Shown piece after piece: positions 26,539 to 38,620 of a stretch of DNA of 64,000 nt. Position 1 is the stretch's first letter. Every line of letters starts with the position of its first letter. The position numbers and the translations under genes are program-made. The stretch is taken from NCBI RefSeq assembly GCF_963921235.1, contig NC_086097.1:234734001-234798000 (forward strand), given 5' to 3'. The notes beneath the pieces are model-generated. The model saw only the letters and a list, made by a program, of their open reading frames with translations. It was not told the origin of the DNA and did not search any database. This DNA comes from Mobula hypostoma (lineage: Eukaryota).

Positions 26539-28964
26539 ATGACAATTCTCATGTCCCCGATCTCCTCAGTAACTTCAAATTCCCTGGCCTTGACCACCTC
26601 ATCTTCACTATGGATGTTCAGTCCCTCTACACTTCTATCCCCCATCAAGAAGGACTCAAATCTGCCTGCTTCTTTCCTGACAAAAGAACCACCCAATCCC
26701 CCTCCACTACACCCATCCTCCATCTAGCAGAACCGGTTCTCACCCTGAACAATTTTTCCTCTTTCTCCAAATTCAAGGGGTAGCCATGGGTACTCACAAG
26801 GACTCCAGCTGTGCCTGCCTCTTCATTGGCTGTGTAGAATAATCCATTTTCGATGCCTTCCCCGGTTATACTCCACAATTCTTCCTCCACTATATTGATC
26901 ACTGCATTGGTGCTGCTTCATACACCCATGCTGAATTCATCAATTTTATCAACTTTGGATCTACCTTCCAACCTGCCCTTAAATTCACTTGGTGCATCTC
27001 TGACATCTCCCTCTCCTTCCACAATCTCTCTGGCTCCATCTCAGCAGACAATATGTCAACTAGCATTATTTTGTAAGCCTACTGATTCCCACAGTTATAC
27101 TGACTAAACCTCTACCCATCCTATCACTTGTAAAAATGCTATTCCCTTTTCTCAGTTTCTCCCCTTCACCACATCTGTTCCCAATACATGGTTTTCCATT
27201 CCAGGACATCAGAATCTTTAAAGAACTGGGTTTTCCTCCCTCCACTATTGATGCTGTCTGCACCTGCATCTCTCCATTTTCTGTACATCCACGTTCACCC
27301 CCATCTTCTCAATGCATTAATAGTGAGAGTTCCTCTTGTCCTTACCTACCACCCCATCAGCCTCCGCATCCAGCACATTGTCCTCCACAACTTATGCCAT
27401 CTTCAAAGGGATCCTAAACATATTTTTACTACCTTCCCCTCCACTTTGTGCAGTGACCGCTCCCTCCGGAACGCCCTTGTCCATTCATCCCTTCCCATTT
27501 ATCTTGCTCCAGGCACTTATCCCTTCTAGCGGCCCAAGTTCTACACCTGCCTATTCACCTCCATTCGGGAACTAAGACAGTCCTTCCAGGTGAGCCAACA
27601 CTTTACCTGCAAATCTTTTGGGGTCGTCTATTGCGTCCAGTGCTCCAGATGCAGCCACCTCTACGTTGCTGAGAACCATCATAAATTGGGGGACCGCTTT
27701 GTCAAACATCTTGTGATAAAACAAATTCACCCACCCCTTCCTCTATTGCCCACTCTTAACTTTAACTTCTCCTCTCCTGCCTCTTCCTCCTAGATCCCCT
27801 CCTCCTTCTCTTTCTCCTATGGTTCACTCTCCTTTCCTATCAGATTCTTTCTTTTCCAGCCCTTGACCTTTCCTACCCATCCGGCTTCACCTATCACCTA
27901 CCAGCTAGCCTCTTCATTTCCTCCACTTTTTTCATCCCGGCATCATCCCACTTCCTTCTCAGTCCCGAGAAAGGATCTGAGCTTGAAACATTGACTATCT
28001 ATTAATTTCCATGGGTGTTGCTTGACCTGCTGAGTTCCTCCGGTGTGTTACTTTGGATCTGCAGCATCTGTAGACTTTCTCCCGTTTACAAGAGGACATA
28101 CTTTTAAAATGATTGGAGGAAAATATAAGTTGGGATGCCAGAGATAGGCTTTTGAAACAGTGAGTGTAACAATTGTTCCCTCTCTGCTGTGCGGGTGCAC
28201 AGCCACACAGAAACTGAAATGTTCCCGCACACATACTCTTTGTTGCTGCGAAGCTGGAATTTGCTTTTATACATTAATATAAAATGCCGCACAGTTTCAA
28301 GCCATGTAAAACTTTTTTACTCAGAGCAACGATTGGTCTGTGCAGCTGTAAAAAAAAATGTTCTATGTTCTAATGAAATGGTGTCTGAGGGATATGTCTC
28401 AATGTCTTCACTTCAAATAGAATTACAAGGGCTTCACGTTGGATCTGTGGCAGCAATGTAAGTTAGTACATGGGAGATCAAGTGCTATAAGTCTTCTGGA
28501 GCTGTCAGAACATCAGTACTGAAAACCGACTACTGTGGCTGCATCAGCTTGATACAATCAACAGCATATTAAAATCATAATATCTCTGTTGCTAACATCT
28601 TGAGTTGTTACTTTCCTGCAGATTTCTAGTAACTAGATGTTCAAATCCTCAGAGACCAGTTATTTTTGTTTTCCTGAAATATCATTGGACTCAATGCAAT
28701 ATCAAAATTTAGCTCTTGTATATTTACTCTGAAACTTTGATTTTCAGTTGCACAGGAGACTGGAATAGGTCTAATTTAGGAAACCAGCACCGAGAAGGGG
28801 AAGCAGTTTCATCAGGAGCCAAAATATCATTTTATCAGCTTGAGTTCACAATGTTTCATACATTCTATTAGTACATATATTATCACCTGTGTGTATTACT
28901 GGAACTGACTGCTCGTTCAGTTATCAGTACAACATCGATTTAAACTGACAAGACAAAACAATAT

Positions 28965-29140
28965 CAACAGGAATTGACACAAAAGATTCTTACGATGCTG
29001 GAAGTCCTGGGCAGCACAAACAAAATGCTGGAGGAACTCTGCTGGTCAGACAGCATCGTTGGAAGTTTCAGGCTGAGACACTTCAGGACTGATTTTTCTC
29101 TGACTTGCTCAGTTCCTCCTGCATTTTGTGAGTGTGTTGC
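28965..29140. mobile_element. Mini palindromic PLE tail/hammerhead remnant
   Basis: aaaatgctggaggaact and agttcctcctgcatttt are inverted around a decayed hammerhead. Confidence 0.65.
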
Positions 29141-29974
29141 AGTCAATCATTCTTAACCCAATAATTCTGCATCTGAGCAGAAGGTCATTAAACTAGAATT
29201 AACAACCAGATATTTATTGTGACAGGATTACAAAACAAACAAGAGAAGCAATCTGCTTTCTTCAGTTTTAGTAATTAATTTACAGAACGTGGATATTATT
29301 AGCACAACTTATTCCTATTGCTATTCTTGAAGAAGGAGTGATGAGTCATTCATATTGGTGAGATGGGAGTTCATCCTATGGGGGCTAGACGGTGGAATAT
29401 AAGGGTCCACAGTGCCCCTATCCCAGTGCAAGCAAGGTGGGTCAATCTTACTTGCTCAATGGTACACCTCACATTCAAAGGCTTTCCAATGGGGAAAAAA
29501 AATAGTTGGTTGGACAAATTGAAATTATTCAACTCCACTAATATACAGACTATTCTTTCACTCTGCATGTTCAGAGCTGAGCTCCAAGTCATAGTCATCT
29601 CATTCATTCAAGCTGTAAGACAATAACATTTGTAAAATAAAGGTTCTCTATCAACCAGCCCATGCTACAAAACACAGTCCTCCCACACTTTCCATGCATG
29701 GAACCCTTCCTAGATCCAGGGAGCCACCTCTCAATGAAGGCAGATACTGATGATGAATTTTAAACCCATTTTCAGTGAGCCAATGGAGCCTTTGTCTTTT
29801 GATGGCACATGGCACAGAGCTCATGGACTATTAGGCAGCACCAATCATTTATCTCCAGCAGTACTGAGAGTCACCACCAATGCTATTTCAGAACCAGAAT
29901 CAGTGTTATTATCTTATTTATTGAAATGCTGCTCAGAATAAGCCCTTCGAGCCATGCCGCCGAACAATCCCCCT

Positions 29975-30206
29975 GTTCCCATTCCTATTCTGATATGTCT
30001 ATCCACGGCCTCCTCTACTGTCAAGATGAAGCCACACTCAGATTGGAGGAACAACACCTTATATTCCATCTGGGTAGCCTCCAACCTGATGACATGAGCA
30101 GTGACTTCTCAAACTTCCGTTAATGCCCCACCTCCCCTTCGTACCTCATCCGTTATTTACCTATCTATCTATCTATCTATCTATTTATTTATTTATTTAT
30201 TTATCC

Positions 30207-30237
<31 letters not shown>

Positions 30238-30625
30238 TTCTTTTTTTTTTCTTTCTCTCTCTCTCTCTCTCTCTCCATTTTCTCCCTCTGTCCCTCTCAT
30301 TATACTCCTTGCCCATCCTCTGGGTCCCCCCCCCTTTTCTTTCTCCCCGGACCTCTTGTCCCATGATCCTCTCATATCCCCTTTGCCAATCACCTGTCCA
30401 GCTCTTGGCTCCATCCCTCCCCCTCCTGTCTTCTCCTATCATTTCGGATCTCCCCCTCCCCCTCCCACTTTCAAATCTCTTACTATCTCTTCTCGTCCTG
30501 ACGAAGTATCTCGGCCCGAAATGATGACTGTACCTCTTCCTTTAGATGCTGCCTGGCCTGCTGCGTTTACCAGCAGTTTTTATGTGTGTTGCTTGAATTT
30601 CCAGCATCTGCAGATTTCCTCGTGT
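29975..30625 (+). mobile_element. PLE 3' fragment inserted in a tRNA-SINE
   Basis: RLEEQHLIFHLGSLQP; degenerate hammerhead 30494-30529; TSD atccccct at 29967-29974 and 30626-30633. Confidence 0.88.
30160..30275. repeat. Compound microsatellite (ATCT)n(ATTT)n(T)n(CT)n
   Basis: Directly visible. Confidence 0.9.
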
Positions 30626-30946
30626 ATCCCCCTATTTAATCTCATTTTAACTACGGAACATTTACAATGCCTAATCAGTCTACCAACCACTATGTCTTTG
30701 GAATGTGGAAGGAGAGCAGAGCACCTGGAGGAAATGGGAAGAACGCATACACTCCTTACAGGCAGCAGCAGGGATTGAATCGGGGTCACTGGCACGGTAC
30801 AGTTTTGTGCCACCCGATCATTAAATAACAAGAAATATCATATAATTTAAACAACAGGAATTCTGCAGATGCTGGAAATTCAAGCAACATACATCAAAGT
30901 TGCTGGTGAACGCAGCAGGCCAAGCAGCATCTATAGGAAGAGGCGC

Positions 30947-30982
30947 AGTCGACGTTTCAGGCCGAGACCCTTCGTCAGGACT
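30947..30982 (-). ncRNA. Minimal type-I hammerhead ribozyme, intact core
   Basis: AGUC CUGACGA AGG-GUCUCGG-CCU GAAA CGUC GACU: helix I AGUC/GACU, helix II AGG/CCU, palindromic ACGU in place of helix III, GUC triplet. Confidence 0.85.
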
Positions 30983-31273
30983 AACTGAAGGAAGAGTGAG
31001 TAAGGGATTTGAAAGCTGGAGGGGGAGGGGGAGATGCAAAATGATAGGAGAAGACAGGAGGGGGAGGGATAGAGCCGAGAGCTGGACAGGTGATAGGCAA
31101 AAGGGGATACGAGAGGATCATGGGACAGGAGGCCCAGGGAGAAAGACGGGGGGGGTGACCCAGAGGATGGGCAAGAGGTATATTCAGAGGGACAGAGGGA
31201 GAAAAAGGAGAGTGAGAGAAAGAATGTGTGCATAAAAAGGAGTAACAGCTGGGGTACGAGGGGGAGGTGGGGC

Positions 31274-31822
31274 CTAGCGGAAGTTAGAGAAGTCAATGTT
31301 CATGCCATCAGGTTGGAGGCTACCCAGACGGAATATAAGGTGTTGTTCCTCCAACCTGAGTGTGGCTTCATCTTTACAGTAGAGGAGGCCGTGGATAGAC
31401 GTCAGAATGGGAATGGGATGTGGAATTAAAATGTGTGGCCACTGGGAGATCCTGCTTTCTCTGGCGGACAGAGCGTAGATGTTCAGCAAAGCGGTCTCCC
31501 AGTCTGCGTCGGGTCTCACCAATATATAAAAGGCCACATCGGGAGCACCGGACGCAGTATATCACCCCAGTCGACTCACAGGTGAAGTGATGCCTCACCT
31601 GGAAGGACTGTTTGGGGCCCTGAATGGTGGTAAGGGAGGAAGTGTAAGGGCATGTGTAGCACTTGTTCCGCTTACACGGATAAGTGCCAGGAGGGAGATC
31701 AGTGGGGAGGGATGGGGGGGACGAATGGACAAGGGAGTTGTGTAGGGAGCGATCCCTGCGGAATGCAGAGAGAGGGGGGGAGGGAAAGATGTGCTTAGTG
31801 GTGGGATCCCGTTGGAGGTGGC
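31274..31822 (-). pseudogene. Mirror copy of the GIY-YIG domain, frameshifted
   Basis: Same protein sequence until a 2-nt deletion near 31400 (tagac-gtcag versus tagacatgtcag). Confidence 0.85.
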
Positions 31823-32351
31823 TACTAAGCACATCTTTCCCTCCCCCCCTCTCTCTGCATTCCGCAGGGATCGCTCCCTACACAACTCCCTTGTCCATTC
31901 GTCCACCCCATCCCTCCCCACTGATCTCCCTCCTGGCACTTATCCGTGTAAGCGGAACAAGTGCTACACATGCCCTTACACTTCCTCCCTTACCACCATT
32001 CAGGGCCCCAAACAGTCCTTCCAGGTGAGGCATCACTTCACCTGTGAGTCGACTGGGGTGATATACTGCGTCCGGTGCTCCCGATGTGGCCTTTTATATA
32101 TTGGTGAGACCCGACGCAGACTGGGAGACCGCTTTGCTGAACATCTACGCTCTGTCCGCCAGAGAAAGCAGGATCTCCCAGTGGCCACACATTTTAATTC
32201 CACATCCCATTCCCATTCTGACATGTCTATCCACGGCCTCCTCTACTGTAAAGATGAAGCCACACTCAGGTTGGAGGAACAACACCTTATATTCCGTCTG
32301 GGTAGCCTCCAACCTGATGGCATGAACATTGACTTCTCTAACTTCCGCTAG
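31791..32351 (+). CDS. PLE GIY-YIG endonuclease domain with Cys-rich linker (5' truncated; real homology starts at 31824, no natural start codon)
   Basis: CKRNKCYTC; GVIYCVRCSRCGLLYIGETRRRLGDRFAEH; VATHF; RLEEQHLI; QPDGMN. Confidence 0.85.
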   Translation: MLSGGIPLEVATKHIFPSPPLSAFRRDRSLHNSLVHSSTPSLPTDLPPGTYPCKRNKCYTCPYTSSLTTIQGPKQSFQVRHHFTCESTGVIYCVRCSRCGLLYIGETRRRLGDRFAEHLRSVRQRKQDLPVATHFNSTSHSHSDMSIHGLLYCKDEATLRLEEQHLIFRLGSLQPDGMNIDFSNFR

Positions 32352-32644
32352 GCCCCACCTCCCCCTCGTACCCCAGCTGTTACTCCTTTTTATGCACACA
32401 TTCTTTCTCTCACTCTCCTTTTTCTCCCTCTGTCCCTCTGAATATACCTCTTGCCCATCCTCTGGGTCACCCCCCCCCCGTCTTTCTCCCTAGGCCTCCT
32501 GTCCCATGATCCTCTCGTATCCCCTTTTGCCTATCACCTGTCCAGCTCTCGGCTCTATCCCTCCCCCTCCTGTCTTCTCCTATCATTTTGCATCTCCCCC
32601 TCCCCCTCCAGCTTTCAAATCCCTTACTCACTCTTCCTTCAGTT

Positions 32645-32680
32645 AGTCCTGACGAAGGGTCTCGGCCTGAAACGTCGACT
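32645..32680 (+). ncRNA. Minimal type-I hammerhead ribozyme, intact core (predicted cut after 32676)
   Basis: agtcctgacgaagggtctcggcctgaaacgtcgact. Confidence 0.85.
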
Positions 32681-33281
32681 GCGCCTCTTCCTATAGATGC
32701 TGCTTGGCCTGCTGAATATCATATAATTTGTTGTTTTGCAGCAGCAGTACAGCAAAACACATAAAAATTACCATAAAATATAATATTAAATTCTAAAAAA
32801 ATAAATAAATAGTGCAAAAAGAGAAAAAAAATATTTGGATAATGCTCATGGGTTCATGGACATTCAGAAATTGATGGTGGAAGGGAAGAAGCTGTTCATA
32901 AATGTTGAATGTGCATCTTCAGGCACCTGTACCTCCTCCCTGATGGTAGTAATGAGAAGGCAAGTCCTGAATAGTGGGGGTCCTTCATGATGGATGCAAC
33001 CTTCTTAATCGCCATTTGAAGATGTCTTCGATGGTGGGGAGACTAGTTCCCATGAAAGAGCTAGATGAGTCAACAACCTTTGCAGTTACTTCCGATTCAT
33101 TGTATTGGCGCCTCTATACCAGATGGTGATATAACCACTCAGCATGCTCTCCACAGTACACTTATAGGAATTTGCTAGAGTCTCCACAAAATCCTCAAAA
33201 TCCACTGGCAGGAAAGGTGAATCAGCATCAGCATCCTCTCTCAGGCCAATATCCACTGATATGAGGCCCTAATTCCACATA

Positions 33282-33800
33282 TCTTCTTCTTCGGCTGTCC
33301 ATCGATTTCGATGTTGACTGTATGCCTTGCACAGTAATAAGACAGACAGTGTCATGCCCCCACCATACAGTCTCCCTGGGCTTCTAAATCTGATGCTAAG
33401 TGGTACACAGAAGTGTAACAGACTTAGCGGATAAGGAAGCTGCCCCACAGTGACAATTAACTAGTCTAGTGATGCCGTTCGTTGATCAGCACTCTGGTTC
33501 CTCCGCGTGCCACTAAGGTGGCTGTACCATTGACCCTTTTGGATTCATCTGTCACAGACACCAACAGATGCCCTGCTGCTGGCGTCCTCGCTGGGTGCAG
33601 CCTTTGCCTGAAGAGGCATAACCTACAAAGTAGCAAAGGCATGCTTACCTCCTTGGCTTAGCTAGCCACGATCCTACTACTAGATCTAGTCTAGTAGTAT
33701 ACTGATGGAACATCACCTTCACGGTTAGATTAGACCTGCCAGAGAACGAGTCTCCACCGTACTTCACTGATGTTCAACCGGTGTCACTCCTACGCCTATG
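33282..33800 (-). mobile_element. Possible RTE-type non-autonomous element
   Basis: Minus-strand end ...ggacagccgaagaagaaga resembles RTE (GAA)n tails; no ORF. Confidence 0.35.
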
Positions 33801-34269
33801 ATTAGGGTGAACTGGCTTTGCTGGGAGTTGCTGAAGTATTGTGAATCAAAGGGCTGGGAGGGTCTATTCAGTATTGTATCACTAAATAAATAAACATACC
33901 ATCAACTTTTCGGGTGATCTGATCATTGAGTACGTTCTGCGCAACTGTCCACTCTCACCTGATTTAGCTGACACTGACCTGCTCAACATCAACCAAACAA
34001 CACTAGAGTGGCTGGCTGTCTGGTGTGACAAGCTATGATGATGACTCCTATGCCACGGCAAGGCTCCAATTCCACATATATAGCTCCAATGGACAACTCT
34101 TCTCTTTTGGAAGCTCAAGGCACATTATCCTCACATGTGGGTTTGATTATCTGCAGCATAATCAATTGTTTCAGTGGTGAGGGTGTATAATGGCACGAAT
34201 AAAGATCCTACCAAGGAAATACTTGCATTGAGGTAGGATGGGGTGTAGGAAGTTTGTTGGAAGTTAAGT

Positions 34270-34555
34270 GAGGGGGAAAAGGGGTGGGGACTATTACAGC
34301 TCGGAACATTCTGGAGTTTGGAGCTCATTTCCAGCTTCGACTGTAAGGAATCTCTTTACCATCATGGAATACGTGGGCTCTCTCTATAACCTCTCGTTTT
34401 CTCCAATAGTCCAAAGACATACCCGGTAGGTTGATTGGTCATCCGAGTTGTCCCATGATTAGGTTAGGGTGAACTGGCTTTGTTGGGAGTTGCTGGCGTG
34501 TTGTGAATCAAAGGGCTGGAAGGGTCTATTCAGTGTTGTATCACTAAGTAAGTAA
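34270..34555 (+). mobile_element. tRNA-derived SINE
   Basis: ctgtaagga...gtccaaagacataccc...ggtcat body shared with 51030-51315. Confidence 0.6.
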
Positions 34556-35490
34556 ACATACCATCAACTTTTTGGGTGGTCTGATCATGTGCAAATTTGT
34601 TAGATTGAGGAAATACTGGGCAATCCTATACCTCTTGCCTACAAATCTTGCTTGAAAAGTGTTTACTCCACTCAGAGGGCAGTTGTCTCCCTCTCCCCCT
34701 CCCCTTAGCCATTAGATTTCCTAAGATCTTTGAAACCTAAATTGCGATTGTTAAATTTAAAGTGTGAAGAAGACAGTGCAGGCAGTACTAGCACGACACA
34801 GCCAGGGTGAATTCTTTAAAGCAAGCATCACTTACTGTAGTCACACCATTGATACACAAGTTTTTCACAAGTATACTGAGAAAATTCAAGCAGTGATGGA
34901 TGCCTCACAGCCAAATGATATTTCACAGTTGTGGCACTTTTAAGGAATTGACAATTACTGTAACAGGTTCCGGCCAATCTTGTTCTCCATCAGTTTCACT
35001 CATTACAACAGATTTGAAAGAAATGACAATGGACAAAGCAGCGTGAGGTGGCTTTCCAAAAGGCAGAGGATATGGTGATGTTAGACACTGTACTCACACA
35101 TTATTATGATCAACATCATCTAGTGAAGCTTGTGTGTGATGCCTTGCCTTATGGTATAGGTGCAGTCATGTCACATGTTATGAGTGCTGGAAGTGAACAT
35201 CCCATCCGCTTTACATCATGCTCCATCACTGCTGCAGAGAAAAATAACACTCGGATTGACAGAGAAGCCTTGAATTTAGTTTGGGGTGTAAAATGTTTCA
35301 ACCTGGGAGAGAGTTTACCCTTATCACTGACCATCAACGACTGGAGCCCATTTTCAATGCACTGAAGTTGTTCCACGAACAGCAGCAGCACAAATGCAGA
35401 AATGGGGCTCTGTTTCTTGGAGGATACAATTACAAGATCGAATTCAAGAGAACAACTGATCATGGAAATGTTGATAGATTGTCCCATTTA

Positions 35491-35954
35491 GTCATAGTCA
35501 TAGTCGTGCTTTATTGATCCCGGGGGAAATTGGTTTTCATTACAGTTGCACCATAAATAATTAAATAATAATAAAACCATAAATAATTAAATAGTAATAT
35601 ATAAATTATGCCAGGAAATAAGTCCAGGACCAGCCTATTGGTTCAGGGTGTCTAGCCCTCCAAGGGAGGAGTTGTAAAGTTTGATGGCCACAGGCAGGAA
35701 TGACTTCCTATGACGCTCTGTGTTGCATCTCGGTGGAATAGGTCTCTGGCTGAATGTACTCCTGTGCCCAACCAGTACATTATGTAGTGGATGGGAGATG
35801 TTGTCCAAGATGGCATGCAACTTGGACAGCATCCTCTTTTCAGACACCACCGTGAGAGAGCCCAGTTCCATCCCCACAACATCACTGGCCTTACGAATGA
35901 GTGTGTTGATTCCGTTGCTGTCTGCTACCCTCAGCCTGCTGCCCCAGCACACAA
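35491..35954 (-). mobile_element. Rex1-type LINE 3' fragment
   Basis: VVCWGS...HPLH...SFLPVAIKLYN; (gactat)n tail; TSD cattta at 35485-35490 and 35955-35960. Confidence 0.85.
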
Positions 35955-36374
35955 CATTTACTCTTGGGAAAGGAAATACCTGAAAATTTTCAGAAGAGAA
36001 CAATCCTCTGGATGCAAATCAAAATTCAACGTATGATGGCAAAGGTGAACCAAAGGGAAACTAGAGAAGATCTCACACTTTCTCAGGTCGACATATCAAC
36101 TTAAAATAGCTGTAATGTGCGGCAGAAATTCCAGTTCCTCCATTTTTACCAGAGCCGCAAAACACTTACCCTGGACGTAGGTCACCTTATGTGGAGATTC
36201 ATGAATACAAATTTCTTGGTAGAAACATAGAAACATAGAAAACCTACAGCACAATACAGGCCCTTCTGCCCACAAAGCTGTGCCGAACATGTCACTACCT
36301 TAGAACTACCTAGGCTAGTGGTAGATTCAACTACAAAATGGCTGGAAGTGTTCTCAATAGCCTCCACAACAACA

Positions 36375-37035
36375 GGTTCAATAGGTACATTTAATGTCAG
36401 AGAAATGTATACAATATATATCCTGAAAATCTTTTTATCTGCAAACATCCACGAAAACAGAATGCCCCAAAGAATGAATGATAGTTAAATGTCAGAAGCC
36501 CGAAGCCACCCCCATCTCCCCCCTCCCACGCATAAGCAGCAATAACACCCCCTCCCCCACCAGCAAAAAAGCATTGGCACCCCCCCCCCACCGAGCACTC
36601 AAGCGTGCAGCAAAGCATCAATAAATTCACAGACTTGCAGTACCCCAAAGACAACTCGTTCACCAGGCAATTCAACATACTGCAGGCGCTCTCTCTCCTT
36701 AATAAGTAAAAAAGAGGCGTCCCTGTTTCACAGCGAGAGGGGAGACATAACAAAAAAACTCACCAATTTATGGTGTTAAAAGTCTGTTGTGTTTCTTTTT
36801 CCGAGCTCCGTGCCCAAAGAACTCGGGTCTCTGGGCACACAGCCAGCTCGCTGCTTTCGATGTTCCGTCTCCCACGACACACCAGTTGGCGGCACCGACC
36901 TTAAGTCAGTCCGCCTCCAGCTCTACAAAATTCCAGCACCCTGAAGGAGTGTTAGTCTCGTCCTTGGCATATTGAAAAGTGGCCAGTCATGAGACCCCGA
37001 GAGCAGGTCCCATTTCTGCAAAGAACCGAAACAGC
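36375..37035 (-). mobile_element. Non-coding retroelement nested in the Gypsy integrase
   Basis: Interrupts collinear integrase sequence; 3' end cattaaatgtacctattgaacct. Confidence 0.6.
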
Positions 37036-37344
37036 CTTGCAATCTGTTGATGTGTTAAGAAGTCTTTTCTCAGGAACTGGTGTTCCAGGACACTTAGTCA
37101 CTGACAACTGAGCACAATTTGTTCCTATACAGTTTCAGTTATTTCTGAAAATGAATTGAATAAGACATATTACAGAAAGGTTTGTCCAGATTTTAAAGAA
37201 CACACTGTGGGCATTGTCAGCAGAACATGCTAACCTAACACTGAATCAAAAACTCTCCAATTTTCTCCTTGCATACTACAGTGCAGCACACTCTTCAACT
37301 CACCAAAAATGATGTTCCTGGCTCTTCCCTTGTGCTCCTGCTTA

Positions 37345-37488
37345 GAACCCAGTCTCCGAAGGAGTATGCAGGATAAATTGGAACCCAATCTCCAAAGGAG
37401 TATGCAGGATAAATTGGAACCCAATCTCCAAAGGAGTATGCAGGACAAATTGTAACCCAATCTCCCAAAGAGTATGCAGGACAATTTG
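37345..37488. repeat. Tandem repeat, 4 x 36 bp
   Basis: Unit gaacccaatctccaaaggagtatgcaggataaattg, contiguous with no spacers. Confidence 0.92.
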
Positions 37489-38214
37489 AGGGCTCCTCAA
37501 ACAAGGAGTTTTGATGTTTCTCTTCTGGACAAGCAGTCCTGCTGAGAGATTACAGAGGTGATCAAAGTGAGTACTTAGACAGATTAAGGACAGGTCTGGA
37601 CCACACTCCTATACAGTGGAGATTGTGTCTGATGTCTACTGGAGACAACACATTGGCTATTTGAGGAGGACAGAGTCAATTGTTCAAGAAGAAAGGTGTT
37701 TAGAGCTGTCAGAACTATGTCCTGTAGTCCCAGAGTCAATTCTTTCAACAAACACGGAGGAGGCCGCAGACCTGAGATAGTGTCCCATTTACAAATCTTA
37801 CCCATTTGTCAGGAAAGACGTTTACTCACAGGAGTAAGAAGTCCACCACAGTGATTAAATTTTGAGTTCAGATCCATTTTATATGCAGTACACTGTGTAG
37901 ATAGTTGAAGATGCATTCTATATTGACTTGGAGTTTATAGCTAAGCAGGGAGGAGCATAGTGTATTTAGTATTTCAGTAATATTGTAAATACATTTTTTG
38001 ATTAAGCATTCTTTGTTCATATAATTCAGTACAGACGTCAGTGACAGACATACATTAATACGCCACCACACTAAAGTAAACTAGAGTGTATCAAATATGC
38101 CAGGCTGCCATGTTTTTATTTGATTAATTTTGGCAGTTACAAAACCTAACAGGTGACACTTTTAAACACCAGCTCAAAAGTTATTTACTGTATTTAAATC
38201 ACAAACAAGAGAAA

Positions 38215-38620
38215 ATCACAAAGAGTAGGGGTCCCAGATCAGATCCCTGAGGCACACCACAGGTGACCAATCTCCATGCGGAATATGACCCGTCTCCAAC
38301 CACTCTTTGCCTTCTGTGGGCAAGCCAGTTCTGGATCCACAAAGCAATGTCCCCTTGGATCCCATGCCTCCTTACTTTCTCAGTAAGCCTTGCATGGGGT
38401 CCCTTATCAAATACCTTGCTGAAATCCATATACACTACATCTACTGCTCTACCTTCATCAATGTGTTTAGTCACATCCTCAAAAAATTCAATCAGGCTCG
38501 TAATGCATGACTTACTTTTGACATAGCCATGCTGGCTATTCCTAATCATTTTATGCCTCACCAAATGCTCATAAATCCTGCCTCTCAGGATCTGCTCCAT
38601 CAACTTACCAACCACTGAAG
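38215..38620 (-). mobile_element. CR1 RT fragment
   Basis: ORF 38199-38627 with YMDFSKVFDK and GVPQGSDLGP. Confidence 0.9.

Larger units (their letters stand above)
21950..28090 (+). mobile_element. Decayed near full-length Penelope-like element (N-terminal domain, RT, GIY-YIG, hammerhead, tail) with two nested CR1s
   Basis: HISFL...LVPHGF N-terminus; FTMDVQSLYTSIPH; gtagccatgggt (AMG); GVVYCVQCSRCSHLYVAE; hammerhead remnant 27961-27996; tail at both ends. Confidence 0.85.
30849..32714. mobile_element. Palindromic RT-less Penelope-like insertion
   Basis: Arms 30913-31799 and 31824-32714 are near-identical inverted copies; 24-nt spacer; one-sided 64-nt tail; 15-bp TSD aatatcatataattt at 30834-30848 and 32715-32729. 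Confidence 0.95.
34720..38150 (+). mobile_element. Decayed Gypsy/Ty3 LTR retrotransposon (RT end, RNase H, integrase, probable 3' LTR about 37865-38150)
   Basis: LVCDALPYGIGAVMSH, HPIRFTS, AEKNN, REFTLITDHQ, YNYKIEFK, HGNVDRLSHL; integrase-like GVPGHLVTDN near 37080. Confidence 0.85.

Noticed and set aside
28170..28390. Possible hAT MITE (tgttccctct end)
   Set aside because: No convincing second terminal repeat or TSD was found.
30101..30778. 225-aa hydrophobic ORF
   Set aside because: It is a translation of microsatellite, PLE 3' UTR and SINE sequence.
31595..32028. Two near-identical 114-aa ORFs on opposite strands
   Set aside because: They are a by-product of the palindrome read across its centre.
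37345..37488. CRISPR-like 36-bp repeats
   Set aside because: Units are contiguous with no spacers, there are no cas genes, and the context is eukaryotic.
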